Shown here one piece after another: positions 1 through 9,325 of a DNA stretch of 64,000 bases; the first letter of the stretch is position 1, and the number at the start of each line of letters is the position of its first letter. Source of the DNA: an uncultured Caldilineaceae bacterium (GTDB lineage: Bacteria; Chloroflexota; Anaerolineae; Caldilineales; Caldilineaceae); assembly GCA_964566955.1 (NCBI GenBank), contig CAZMKQ010000002.1, positions 8,171 through 72,170 on the forward strand. The letters run 5' to 3'. The position numbers were made by a program, and so were the translations under genes. The notes beneath the pieces were generated by a model. It saw only the letters and a program-made list of their open reading frames with translations. It searched no databases and was not told where the DNA came from.

Positions 1-1
1 T

Positions 2-901
2 CCGGGTCGCGACAGCGACGACCGGGAACGGCTCTGGCATGAACTCTGGTGGCGGGTCCACTTTGTGGGCCGCGGCGGCTTGGCGTCCTTCGCCCTGGCC
101 GCCGTCGATGTGGCCTTGTGGGATGCCGCGGCCAAGCAGGCGTCCCAACCATGGTGGAAGCTGCTTGGGGGCTGGCGCAAGCCGGTGCCGGCCTATGCGG
201 GAGGGATTGACCTGCAGTTTCCCTTGGACAGGCTCCTGCACCAGGCCGATGGGTTTCGGGACGCGGGGTTCCGGGCGATCAAAATGAAGGTGGGCCGCCC
301 GTCATACAGGGAGGATGCAGATCGGGCCCTGGCCATGCGCGCCCACTTGGGCGACGGTTTCCCCCTGATGGCGGACGCCAACATGCAGTGGTTGCCCCAT
401 CAGGCCATCCGGGCGGCCCGAGCCTTGTCGGACGCCAACCTGTATTGGATCGAGGAGCCGACCATTCCAGACGACTATGCCGCCCACGCCCGAATTGCCC
501 GCGAGGGCGGCCTGCCGGTGGCCACCGGCGAGAACCTGCACTCGATCCACGAATTCAAACACATGCTGGACCTGGGAGAGGTTGCCTTTCCCGAGCCGGA
601 CCTGGTGACGCTGGGCGGGGTGACGCCCTGGCTCAAGGTGGCGCACATGTGCGAGGCCCGCAATCTGCCCGTGACCACCCACGGAGTCCACGATCTGCAT
701 GTCCATCTTCTGGCGGCCGTGCCCAACGCTTCCTATCTTGAAGTGCACGGGTTCGGCCTGGAAAGGTACATGGAAGAGCCGCTTGAGGTCCGCGACGGGA
801 CGGTACTGCCCCCCGATCGGCCCGGACACGGGGTGGGACTGCTGTGGGACCGGCTGGAACCCCATCGGCGGTCGTCGTCCGTGGTCTTGACGAAGGATTA
901 A
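2..901 (+). CDS. Enolase-superfamily (mandelate racemase/muconate lactonizing enzyme family) sugar-acid dehydratase; 5' end truncated by the window edge
   Basis: The frame is open from nt 2. Translation shows 'AAVDVALWDAAAK', 'AIKMKVG' (KxK), 'MADANMQW', 'WIEEP' and 'ATGENLH', which are the metal-ligand and general-base motifs of the MR subgroup. The listed GTG start at 65 is internal. Confidence 0.8.
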   Translation, partial: PGRDSDDRERLWHELWWRVHFVGRGGLASFALAAVDVALWDAAAKQASQPWWKLLGGWRKPVPAYAGGIDLQFPLDRLLHQADGFRDAGFRAIKMKVGRPSYREDADRALAMRAHLGDGFPLMADANMQWLPHQAIRAARALSDANLYWIEEPTIPDDYAAHARIAREGGLPVATGENLHSIHEFKHMLDLGEVAFPEPDLVTLGGVTPWLKVAHMCEARNLPVTTHGVHDLHVHLLAAVPNASYLEVHGFGLERYMEEPLEVRDGTVLPPDRPGHGVGLLWDRLEPHRRSSSVVLTKD

Positions 902-980
902 CCGCTTGTATCCGAAGGCGACGGAAGCAGACGCAACGCACGCCCATTGACTCAAAACCATTGAACAGAGGAACCAAGAC

Positions 981-1943
981 ATGCAATATCGCAACCTGGG
1001 CCATACCGGTCTCAAGATTTCGGCCATCGGCCTCGGAACCATGCAATGGCGGTGGCGAACCACCGAAGAGGAGGCGTACGCGATCATGGACGCCTACCTT
1101 GAACACGGAGGCAACTTTCTGGACACCGCCAACATCTACAGCCAGTGGGTGCCGGAGTTGGGCGTGGGCACCAGCGAGACGGTAATTGGCAACTGGCTGC
1201 AGGCCCGCGGCAACCGGGATCAGGTGGTGCTGGCCACCAAGGTGCGCGGCCCGATGTCGGACCGGCCCAACGGCGAGGGACTGTCGCGCAGGCACATCAT
1301 CGAGGCCCTGGAAGACTCGCTGCGACGGCTGCAAACCGATTGGGTGGATCTGTACCAGACGCACTGGTTCGACGCGGAGACTCCGATCGAAGAAACGCTT
1401 GAGGCCTTGACCGCGCTGGTCCGGCAGGGCAAGGTTCGCTACATCGGCTGCAGCAACTACCCCGCCTGGCGACTGATGCAGTCGCTGTGGGCCAGCGACA
1501 AGCACGATCTGCATCGGTTTGCCAGCCTGCAGCCGCACTACAACCTGCTCCATCGCCGCGAGTTCGAGCAGGAACTGGCCGAGGTATGCGAAACATACGG
1601 GATTGGTGTCGTGCCCTACAGCCCGATGGCGGGAGGTGTCCTGACCGGGAGCTACAACCGGGATCGAAGTCCGGAGACCCCGCGTGCGGAAGGCAACCAG
1701 GCCAAGTATGGCCGGGAAGAGGTGTGGCAGGTCGTGGATGCCGTGCGCGATATTGCGGAGGCCCACAATACCTGGCCCGGCGCCGTGGCCTTGGCCTGGC
1801 TCCTGTCGCGGCCGGCTATGACCTCGCCCATTGTGGGAGCCAACTCCATTGAACAGTGCACGGCCAATCTGGCGGCTGCGGACTTGCAGTTGAGCCAGGA
1901 GGAGTTGGATCGCCTGACGGAAGCCAGTGACAAAGTCGGTTAG
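981..1943 (+). CDS. Aldo/keto reductase family oxidoreductase
   Basis: 320 aa. The N-terminus '[21 protein letters not shown]...FLDTANIYS' and 'VRYIGCSNY' are typical AKR signatures. Confidence 0.9.
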   Translation: MQYRNLGHTGLKISAIGLGTMQWRWRTTEEEAYAIMDAYLEHGGNFLDTANIYSQWVPELGVGTSETVIGNWLQARGNRDQVVLATKVRGPMSDRPNGEGLSRRHIIEALEDSLRRLQTDWVDLYQTHWFDAETPIEETLEALTALVRQGKVRYIGCSNYPAWRLMQSLWASDKHDLHRFASLQPHYNLLHRREFEQELAEVCETYGIGVVPYSPMAGGVLTGSYNRDRSPETPRAEGNQAKYGREEVWQVVDAVRDIAEAHNTWPGAVALAWLLSRPAMTSPIVGANSIEQCTANLAAADLQLSQEELDRLTEASDKVG

Positions 1944-2009
1944 GCCTGAGGTTGAACCTATACTGACACGGTCAACCAATCGGGCAATCCATCAACCCAA
2001 GGAAGTCCA

Positions 2010-2786
2010 ATGTCCAATCCCTTCAGCCTGGAAGGCAAGGTCGCCCTGGTGACCGGCGGCAACGGCGGTATCGGCAGGGCCATCGCGCTGGGTTTCAAGG
2101 AAGCCGGCGCCGTAGTTGTGGCGTCGGGCCGCAGTCAGGAAAAGAACCAGGCGATGGCCGATGAACTGGGCGAGGGCCACGCGGTTCTCGAACTCGACAT
2201 TCGCGACGAGGCCGCCGTCGACGCGGCAGTGGCCGGCCTGGCAGAAACGCATGGACACTTGGACATCGTGGTCAACAATGCCGGCATCGCGCGGCGCGGA
2301 ACGGTTCTCGAGAGTCCGACCGCCAACTGGACCGACCTCCTGGATACCCATCTGAACGGCGCCTTCTATTGCGCGCGGGCCGCCGCGCGGCACATGTCGG
2401 CATCCGGACGCGGCGGCAAGATTATCAACATCGGGTCCATGTATTCCTTCTTCGGGCCGCCCAACGCCGCCGGCTATGCCACGGCCAAGACCGGCATGGT
2501 GGGCCTGACCAGGGCCTTGGCGGTGGAATGGGCCGAGTACAACATCCAGGTCAACGCCATCTGCCCCGGTTGGCACACCACCGACCTGAACCGGCCGCTG
2601 CTGGCCGTGATTGGCGAAGACATCGCCCTCAAGACCCCCGCCAGGCGCCTGGGTACGACCCATGACTTGGCCGGCGCGGCGGTGTTCCTGGCGGCCCCGG
2701 CATCCGATTTCATCACCGGTCAGTGCCTGACCGTGGACGGGGGCTACAGCGTTCAGGATCGCCGGTGGGACGAGGGCCAGGAGTAA
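2010..2786 (+). CDS. SDR family short-chain dehydrogenase/reductase
   Basis: 258 aa. Contains 'KVALVTGGNGGIGRAI' (TGxxxGIG), 'NNAG' and the 'YATAKTG' (YxxxK) catalytic motif. Confidence 0.9.
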   Translation: MSNPFSLEGKVALVTGGNGGIGRAIALGFKEAGAVVVASGRSQEKNQAMADELGEGHAVLELDIRDEAAVDAAVAGLAETHGHLDIVVNNAGIARRGTVLESPTANWTDLLDTHLNGAFYCARAAARHMSASGRGGKIINIGSMYSFFGPPNAAGYATAKTGMVGLTRALAVEWAEYNIQVNAICPGWHTTDLNRPLLAVIGEDIALKTPARRLGTTHDLAGAAVFLAAPASDFITGQCLTVDGGYSVQDRRWDEGQE

Positions 2787-3000
2787 CTCCCAGGTCGTGA
2801 GGTATCGGACCTGCCGTGGTCGCAGAGGCGGTGAATGGGGTCCGGTCGGACCATCGGGCCATCGGCGGTGGGTTTACCCTTGCCGAGCATCATTCAGCCT
2901 GGGCGCTTTCGAGCCCAACGAAATGCGGAGTTGACAGCTCCGGTAAGCCCGGTATAGACCTGCCTGTCGCACCCGATCCCGAATGGTGGTGCGATGTTCC

Positions 3001-4041
3001 CTACGGACCCGTGCGGGACACCCTGAAATGTCGGCCTGCCGCGTCGAGGAATTCCTCGGCGGATGGGGCTGCCATCCAAGCCTGCACCATCTGCCGCGCA
3101 GGCATGGGAGTGGAACTCTGCTGCATCAGCTGCCGTAGTGGTTCCGCAACCGAATCCCCATAACGGAACCGCGCGAGATCGGTGATGAACTCGGCGACTT
3201 CCGTGGCCTGGTCTTCCAACCGTTGTCGCTGTTGTTCCAGGTGGACATCCTTCTCCACCAGTAGTTCGTCCTGTGCCACCAGCCGTTCATCCTGCGCCAC
3301 CAGTCGTTCGTCTTTCTCACGGTCGCTGGGCAGTGGCTCGCCCGTTTCGGGGTCCAGGATCCGATAGCCGCCGTCGGTTTCCTCCCGGTGCCGTGCCTGC
3401 GAAAGGAGGATCTCACAATCCAGGGCCGGCGAGTAGGCGGACCACGCGTGGGTGGCCGCGTCCCAGAACGTGTCCAGCGGTTCGTAGCGGCCCTGCTCCA
3501 GCCGCCAGCCCCTCATTGGGCCGTCGGGCAGCAGCAGGCCGCGCTCGAAATGGGAGGGGTCCTTGGAGTCAACCGGATCCAGGATCCAGTACTCCCGGAC
3601 TCCCATCCAGGCGTACCAGTCCTTTTTGAACCCCAGGTCGTTGGTGACAGTGGATGAAGACGCGACCTCGATGACACAGTCCGGGGGACAGGGCATGTCC
3701 CCACGCCGCAGGGATCCTTCCCCGGTGTTGGGGAAGGGCATGACAATCAGGTCGGGGTCGCACCTCTGTGCCTGGCCGCGGGCATCGATGAAGTGGAGCC
3801 CGATTTCCTGGTTGACGGCAAAAGGGTGGCCGCGCCGCCTCAGGAGGGTGGACAAGGCACCAAACAGGTAGCGCAGGATGACGACGTGTCTTGGGGCCAC
3901 GGACATCTCGTCGCTCCTGGGCCATTCGGCAGGGTATTCCGGGGTGTTCCAGGAAGGGATGGGCTTGGACAGGTCCACCGGGGGCGTCGGTGCGGCCGTG
4001 AGCGATTCCTCCCGTACTGTCCAAGGTTTGGTGATGGCCAT
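3001..4041 (-). CDS. Uma2 (DUF820) family PD-(D/E)XK endonuclease with a long C-terminal coiled-coil/helical extension
   Basis: Core 'PDLIVMP...PDCVIEVASSST...DLGFKKDWYAWMGVREYWILDP' matches the Uma2 D...E-x-S/K core. I chose the start at ATG 4041 (MAITKPW), which is preceded by GGGAGG. The longer ORF to 4128 is probably over-extended. Confidence 0.75.
   Translation of the reverse strand: MAITKPWTVREESLTAAPTPPVDLSKPIPSWNTPEYPAEWPRSDEMSVAPRHVVILRYLFGALSTLLRRRGHPFAVNQEIGLHFIDARGQAQRCDPDLIVMPFPNTGEGSLRRGDMPCPPDCVIEVASSSTVTNDLGFKKDWYAWMGVREYWILDPVDSKDPSHFERGLLLPDGPMRGWRLEQGRYEPLDTFWDAATHAWSAYSPALDCEILLSQARHREETDGGYRILDPETGEPLPSDREKDERLVAQDERLVAQDELLVEKDVHLEQQRQRLEDQATEVAEFITDLARFRYGDSVAEPLRQLMQQSSTPMPARQMVQAWMAAPSAEEFLDAAGRHFRVSRTGP
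3256..3318 (-). repeat. Three tandem 21-nt units inside the Uma2 gene, encoding (D/E)ERLVAQ-like heptads
   Basis: Plus-strand units are caccagtagttcgtcctgtgc / caccagccgttcatcctgcgc / caccagtcgttcgtctttctc. They translate on the minus strand as 'KDERLVAQDERLVAQDELLVE'. Confidence 0.8.
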
Positions 4042-4341
4042 CGGTTGCCTCCCTAGCAAGTGGGACCATTGTACCCGGCTTGCAAACCTTCGTGCCGGCC
4101 GGCGTGCCGCGCGGCGGTCACAAGACACGGTTGTTCGGGTGTGACCGGCGAGGACCTCCTTACAACCTACTGGGATACTTCAAACCAAGCCCAACAAACC
4201 GACATCGAGCTGAAGTAGACAAGGGGAAGGATGTCACATGTCACGGTGCTACAATTGACTGTCGAGAGTCCCACGCACCGTCGTGGGCACGGCTGTGCAA
4301 CGGCTGACTCGGCGGTTTGTCCCATCGCTGCACCTTCCCGC

Positions 4342-5274
4342 ATGAACAAGACAGAGCGAGTTCGCGCCGTCCTGGCCGGTGAACAACCGGATCGGGTTCC
4401 GGCCAGTTTCTGGTTCCATTTCCCTGAAGGGGCCAAGCACGGCGATGCCTCGGTCAAGTCCCACATGGACTACCTGGCCGAAACGGATGTGGACTTCCTC
4501 AAAATCTTCAACGAGCACCCTTACCAAACCGAGTTCGAGATCAAGGAACCGGCGGACTGGGGGCGTTTGCGACCGGCTCCGTTGTCGTCCCCGTTCTTCC
4601 AGGCCATGCTTGAGGAAACCCGCGCCATCGTCGATGCCGTGGACGGGCAGTGCCTGACGGTGACCACCGTGTTCGGACCGTTCGGGGAAGGCAACCACGC
4701 CACCGGCGGTCTGGTTACGGACCACTACCGGGAGGATCCGGCGGCCGTGGCGCACGGACTCAAGGTGATCGCCGAGAGCCTGGCCGAGTTCAGCCTGGCC
4801 CTTCTCGACTGCGGCACGGACGGCATCTATTTTTCGGCCCAGGGCGGTGAACGTGATCGCTTCAGCGAGGAACAGTTCCTGTCCGACCTCAAGCCCTGTG
4901 ACCTAACGGTGCTGGAGGCGATCGACGGCAAGGCCGAGTTCAACCTGCTGCACATCTGCAAGGACGATGTGCGGCTGGAGCACTACACCGACTATCCCGC
5001 CAACGCGGTCAACTGGGCGGCAGCCAAGCGCAACTGGAGCATGGCCGAGGGCCTGGCCCAATTCAAGCGGCCCGTGGTCGGCGGCCTGCACGACCGCGGC
5101 GTGATCGTGGACGGCAGCCTCGACGAGATCGAGAAGGCCGTGCACGCCGTCCTTGACGATGTCGGGGATCGCAACTTCATGGTGGGCGCCGACTGCACGC
5201 TGCCCACGGACAACAGTTTGGCAAACATCAGGCAGGCGGTGGAGGCCACGGCCAACTGGTCCGCACCCGCCTGA
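4342..5274 (+). CDS. Uroporphyrinogen decarboxylase (URO-D) family protein (MtaA/CmuA-like methyltransferase or decarboxylase family)
   Basis: 'MNKTERVRAVLAGEQPDRVPASFWFHF' is a typical URO-D-family N-terminus. Length from ATG 4342 is 310 aa. The upstream extension to 4231 looks non-coding. Confidence 0.7.
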   Translation: MNKTERVRAVLAGEQPDRVPASFWFHFPEGAKHGDASVKSHMDYLAETDVDFLKIFNEHPYQTEFEIKEPADWGRLRPAPLSSPFFQAMLEETRAIVDAVDGQCLTVTTVFGPFGEGNHATGGLVTDHYREDPAAVAHGLKVIAESLAEFSLALLDCGTDGIYFSAQGGERDRFSEEQFLSDLKPCDLTVLEAIDGKAEFNLLHICKDDVRLEHYTDYPANAVNWAAAKRNWSMAEGLAQFKRPVVGGLHDRGVIVDGSLDEIEKAVHAVLDDVGDRNFMVGADCTLPTDNSLANIRQAVEATANWSAPA

Positions 5275-5348
5275 ACGGTCCCATCAAGTCTCGTATCGTT
5301 CCGCAAGCCATTTATCAACAATCCTGTTTCACACCGAGGATCCAATCC

Positions 5349-7607
5349 ATGGCCAATTCTGAATACAAGGTTATCGGTACGCGCCCCATCCGCCACGACG
5401 GTGTCGACAAGGTCACCGGCGCGGCCAAGTACGGAGCCGACACCCACCTCACCGGCATGTTGCACGGCGCCATCAAGCGCAGCCCCCATGCCCATGCCGT
5501 GATCAAGGGCATCAACACCGACAAGGCGGCGGCCCTGCCCGGCGTCACGGCCGTCATGACCGGAGCCGACCTGCCGGCCGTGTCACACGAAATCGTGGAG
5601 ATGGGCGAGGACTCGGTGGCTCAGGACTATCTCAGCGCCAATGTCATGGCCCGCGACAAGGTGTTGTTCCACGGCCACCCCGTGGCGGCGGTGGCGGCCA
5701 CCGAGTTGCAGACGGCCCTGGATGCCATCGAACTGATTGAGGTCGAGTACGAGCTGCTGGAACCGGTGTTGGATGTCGAAGAGGCAATGGAAGCGGACGC
5801 GCCCATTCTCTGGGACGGCCTGCGCACCACTGCGATGGGAGAGGAAGGGACCGAGCCAACCAATGTGGCATCGCACTTCCGCTACGAGTTCGGGGATATT
5901 GAAGCCGGCTTTGCCGAGGCGGACCACATCGTGGATCGCACCTTCCATACGGCGATGGTCCACCAGGGCTACATCGAACCCCATTCCTCCACGTGTGTCT
6001 GGCGCAAGGACGGCCGGGTCGAGGTGTGGACCGCCACCCAAGGCGCCTTCCAGATTCGCGAACAGCTGGCCAGCCTGTTGAAGCTGGAGCTGTCCCAGGT
6101 CAAGGTGACGCCAACGGAGATTGGCGGCGGCTTTGGCGGCAAGTTCACCTGCTACACGGATCTGCCGGCGGCGGTGCTCTCCCGCATGAGCGGCGGCCGG
6201 CCCGTGAAGATCACCATGTCGCGCACGGAAGTGCTCCAGGCCACCGGTCCGACCTCGGGCTCGGTAGTCAAGGTCAAGATGGGGGCCACCAGCGATGGTC
6301 GCCTTACCGCCAGTGAAGCCTCGCTGATCTACGAGGCCGGCGCCGTTCCCGGATCGCCTGTGGGCGCCGGGGCCGGGGTCATCCTGGCACCCTACAAGCA
6401 CACGAACGTGCGGATTGACGGTTACGACGTTCTGGTCAACAAGCCCAAGACCGGGGCCTACCGCGCACCGGGCGGCACCAATGCCGCCTTTGCCTCGGAG
6501 TGCGTCATCGACGAACTGGCCAAGAAGGTGGGCATGGACCCGTTGGAATTCCGCCTGCTGAATGCGGCGGAGGAGGGCGATCGTCGGCCCGACGGTCCGA
6601 TCTACCACCGCATCGGCTTCAAGGAAACGGTGGAATCCGCCATTGACCATCCCCACTATGCGACCCCGCTCGAGGGCAAGCACCGGGGACGCGGCGTGGC
6701 CTCCGGCTTCTGGTTCAACGGCGGCGGTCGCTCCAGCATGTCGGCCTCGGTCGCAGCCGACGGCATGGTCAACCTGGTGGAGGGTTCGACGGACATCGGT
6801 GGTTCCCGCGCCTCGATCGCCATGCAGTTGGCGGAGTCGCTGGGCATTGCCTCCGACATGATCAATCCACAGGTTGTGGACACCGACGCGGTCGGATACA
6901 ACGACGGTACTGGCGGCAGCCGCGTGACGTTCGCGACCGGCTATGCAGCCTGGGATCTCGGCCAGAAGCTCGGCCAGCAGATGTGCGAGAAAATCGCCGA
7001 GGTTTGGGAGGTCGAAGAGGGCAGTGTCGAGTTGAAGGACGGCGTGTTCTCCCACAATGGCAAGTCGGCGAACTTTGTCGAGGTTGCGGGTGAACTGGCA
7101 TCCAACTCAACCCCGGTGGTGGCCAGTACCTCGGTCCAACCGCCACAGCCAGGTCCGGCGTTTGCCACCCACATCGTCGATGTGGAGGTGGACGTGGAAA
7201 CCGGCAAGGTGCAGATCCTGAACTACACGGCCATCCAGGACGTGGGCAAGGCCATCCATCCCAGTTACGCCGAAGGCCAGATTCAGGGCGGCGTGGTGCA
7301 GGGCATCGGCTGGGCCCTCAACGAGGAGTACATCTACAGCGACGACGGCCACTTGGTGAATGCCAGTCTGCTGGACTACCGGATGCCGACCGCGCTTGAC
7401 CTGCCCATGGTCGAGACGCTGATGATCGAGGTTCCCAACCCCGGCCATCCGTACGGGGTCAGGGGGGTGGGCGAAGTTCCGATCGTGCCCCCGGCGGCGG
7501 CCATCGGCAACGCCATCGCGGATGCCACCGGCATGCGGTTGACCCGGTTGCCGATGAGCCCGGCCGCGGTCCTGGAGCAGCAGTGGAGCGACCAGGCCTG
7601 CGGCTAA
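5349..7607 (+). CDS. Xanthine dehydrogenase / aldehyde oxidase family molybdopterin-binding (large) subunit
   Basis: 752 aa. Contains 'IGTRPIRHDGVDKVTGAAKYGAD', 'GGGFGGK', 'GAYRAPGGTN' and 'EVPNPGHPYGVRGVGE'. Confidence 0.9.
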   Translation: MANSEYKVIGTRPIRHDGVDKVTGAAKYGADTHLTGMLHGAIKRSPHAHAVIKGINTDKAAALPGVTAVMTGADLPAVSHEIVEMGEDSVAQDYLSANVMARDKVLFHGHPVAAVAATELQTALDAIELIEVEYELLEPVLDVEEAMEADAPILWDGLRTTAMGEEGTEPTNVASHFRYEFGDIEAGFAEADHIVDRTFHTAMVHQGYIEPHSSTCVWRKDGRVEVWTATQGAFQIREQLASLLKLELSQVKVTPTEIGGGFGGKFTCYTDLPAAVLSRMSGGRPVKITMSRTEVLQATGPTSGSVVKVKMGATSDGRLTASEASLIYEAGAVPGSPVGAGAGVILAPYKHTNVRIDGYDVLVNKPKTGAYRAPGGTNAAFASECVIDELAKKVGMDPLEFRLLNAAEEGDRRPDGPIYHRIGFKETVESAIDHPHYATPLEGKHRGRGVASGFWFNGGGRSSMSASVAADGMVNLVEGSTDIGGSRASIAMQLAESLGIASDMINPQVVDTDAVGYNDGTGGSRVTFATGYAAWDLGQKLGQQMCEKIAEVWEVEEGSVELKDGVFSHNGKSANFVEVAGELASNSTPVVASTSVQPPQPGPAFATHIVDVEVDVETGKVQILNYTAIQDVGKAIHPSYAEGQIQGGVVQGIGWALNEEYIYSDDGHLVNASLLDYRMPTALDLPMVETLMIEVPNPGHPYGVRGVGEVPIVPPAAAIGNAIADATGMRLTRLPMSPAAVLEQQWSDQACG

Positions 7608-7634
7608 TGTCATTGCAGTCTTGACATTCGTGTG

Positions 7635-7665
7635 GAACCCGCACCAATCGGTGCGGGTTCTTTTT
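7635..7665 (+). terminator. Rho-independent terminator after the Mo-hydroxylase gene
   Basis: gaacccgcacc-aatc-ggtgcgggttc forms an 11-bp perfect stem, followed by TTTTT. It lies 28 nt after the stop codon. Confidence 0.75.
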
Positions 7666-7930
7666 GGCTCTTGGGTTGTCGGCCAGGATTTTGTTGCGGA
7701 CAACCACACCCATCGACTGGTTGTCAGTTCAAACCGCGGTCGTGTATGACCTTGGGTCGCGCAACGTTCCGGATCCAATGGTGGTCGCCAGAGCTTGAGG
7801 TAGGCACATGGAACTGTCCCAAGCGCGGGGATATCGATAATGTGCCCGGACCAATGTCAACGCAACTGAAACACTGCCAACCCTCAGGCTTGCGGGAACA
7901 GTATCGTAAGATGAAGCGAGAGGTGCAGAA

Positions 7931-9046
7931 ATGGCTGTGAACGTACTTGAAGGGACGGCGGTACGGGTGCCTGCCGGAAGATGGGAGCCTTGGGATTGGC
8001 GTGTACCTGCTCGCAGAGGCGACACGGACCCTCTAACGGCGCAGTCAGCGCGCAGGCGGCGTACGGTGTGGCGTATTACACACCTCGAGGAATGGCAGGA
8101 GTACCTACAGCGTTTGCCCCATTACGATCCTGCCTATGTCTATGACGAAGGGCACGAATACGACTTGGACTGGACTACCGATCCCGACTACAGCGGGGTG
8201 GGCAAACGATGCGAATACGATGCGGAAGGTTTCGTGAGCCCCGATCTGGCATCCCACGACCTGGTGATCTACAGGGTGTTGTCGGCCTTGCTCGCCCTCT
8301 TTGGGCGCGATGTCCGCAACTTGAGTGACACCCGCGTCCAGAAGGAGCCAGATCTCTATTTTTCTGCCACTTTGGGCAGGGACTTGGGCCTGTTTACCGA
8401 AGGCGGCAATGTCAAGGAAATGGTTACTCCCGACGTGGTGGTGGCTCCTGAAGGGGAGGCCTTCCCGGAGAACCGCGAGATTGCCCTCAGAGGCGACGAA
8501 TCCGATCCCGTACCCGCCATGGTGGTTGAAGTGAAGTCCCCAGCCACCGGTGGCTGGGACCTGAATGGCAAGAGGCGGCTTTATGCCGCTTTGGGCATTC
8601 AGGAGTACCTGCTGGTCGAAACAGGTGAACGTACCCGTGAACCCAAGCTGGATCTGTATTGCCTGCGAGACGGCAAGTACCACCGAGTGTCCGACAGCGT
8701 GCATGTGGAGTCCGACCGCTCGGTAGTGTCCGTGTTCAGTGAGGTTTGCGGTACTCATTTGCGGCTGCAGGGAGCCGGACACGCACCTCTTTTCCAGTGG
8801 CTTGATGCCGATGAGGGACGCTGGCGCGATCCTGAGAGCGATTTTGGGGCGGAGCGTAAAGACGAGGGTCGTTTGGAGCAGACCCTACTGATCCTGAACG
8901 GTTTGCTGCTGGACGAAACGGACTTGGAGCGGGTGGCGGAGCACTGGACTGCCACAGGTTTGCCCGACAATGCCGCGGAACTCGTTTTGAAAGTCATGGC
9001 CGATCCTCACCGATGGCGCGAGATCCTGAGTCTGCCCTCGGTCTAA
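7931..9046 (+). CDS. Uma2 (DUF820) family endonuclease with N- and C-terminal extensions
   Basis: Core 'PDLYF...VTPDVVVAPE...PAMVVEVKSPAT...KRRLYAALGIQEYLLVE' matches Uma2. GAGAGG lies about 7 nt before ATG 7931. Confidence 0.65.
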   Translation: MAVNVLEGTAVRVPAGRWEPWDWRVPARRGDTDPLTAQSARRRRTVWRITHLEEWQEYLQRLPHYDPAYVYDEGHEYDLDWTTDPDYSGVGKRCEYDAEGFVSPDLASHDLVIYRVLSALLALFGRDVRNLSDTRVQKEPDLYFSATLGRDLGLFTEGGNVKEMVTPDVVVAPEGEAFPENREIALRGDESDPVPAMVVEVKSPATGGWDLNGKRRLYAALGIQEYLLVETGERTREPKLDLYCLRDGKYHRVSDSVHVESDRSVVSVFSEVCGTHLRLQGAGHAPLFQWLDADEGRWRDPESDFGAERKDEGRLEQTLLILNGLLLDETDLERVAEHWTATGLPDNAAELVLKVMADPHRWREILSLPSV

Positions 9047-9325
9047 TCGGAAGATACCCCCAACACCAACGACTTCAACCTGCCGGAGTCTCCATGGAAG
9101 CAAGTCGTTTCATGGATTTGCCTGACTTACGAGGGCTCGAACTCGGAGCCACAGCAACGCCGGTGCGGAGGCCGCATGGCCAGCCTGAGCCCGGCAGCCG
9201 ATGAACCCGGCTACGATTCCTGAGCCGCAGGGATGTAACCAGACCGGCGGCCGATGCCGTTTCAAACTTGACACTTGCGAGGATTCCTTTCTTGATCCGC
9301 CCATTGCCTGAAAGGACAACATTGC

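Noticed and set aside
5583-7055. Long antisense ORFs in the track, for example 5583..7055(-), 633..1979(-), 19738..20949(-), 24390..25853(+), 36412..37965(+), 44515..45906(-), 50685..51962(-) and 58481..59950(-)
   Set aside because: Each lies opposite a gene with clear family motifs. Their translations are Arg/Gly/Pro/Ala-rich, low-complexity sequence typical of shadow frames in high-GC DNA.
9125-9150. tRNA T-arm-like sequence GAGTTCGAGCC on the minus strand, upstream of the MmeI-like gene (a possible tRNA or att remnant)
   Set aside because: Only a 4-bp stem with an 8-nt loop can be drawn, and no acceptor or anticodon arms are present.
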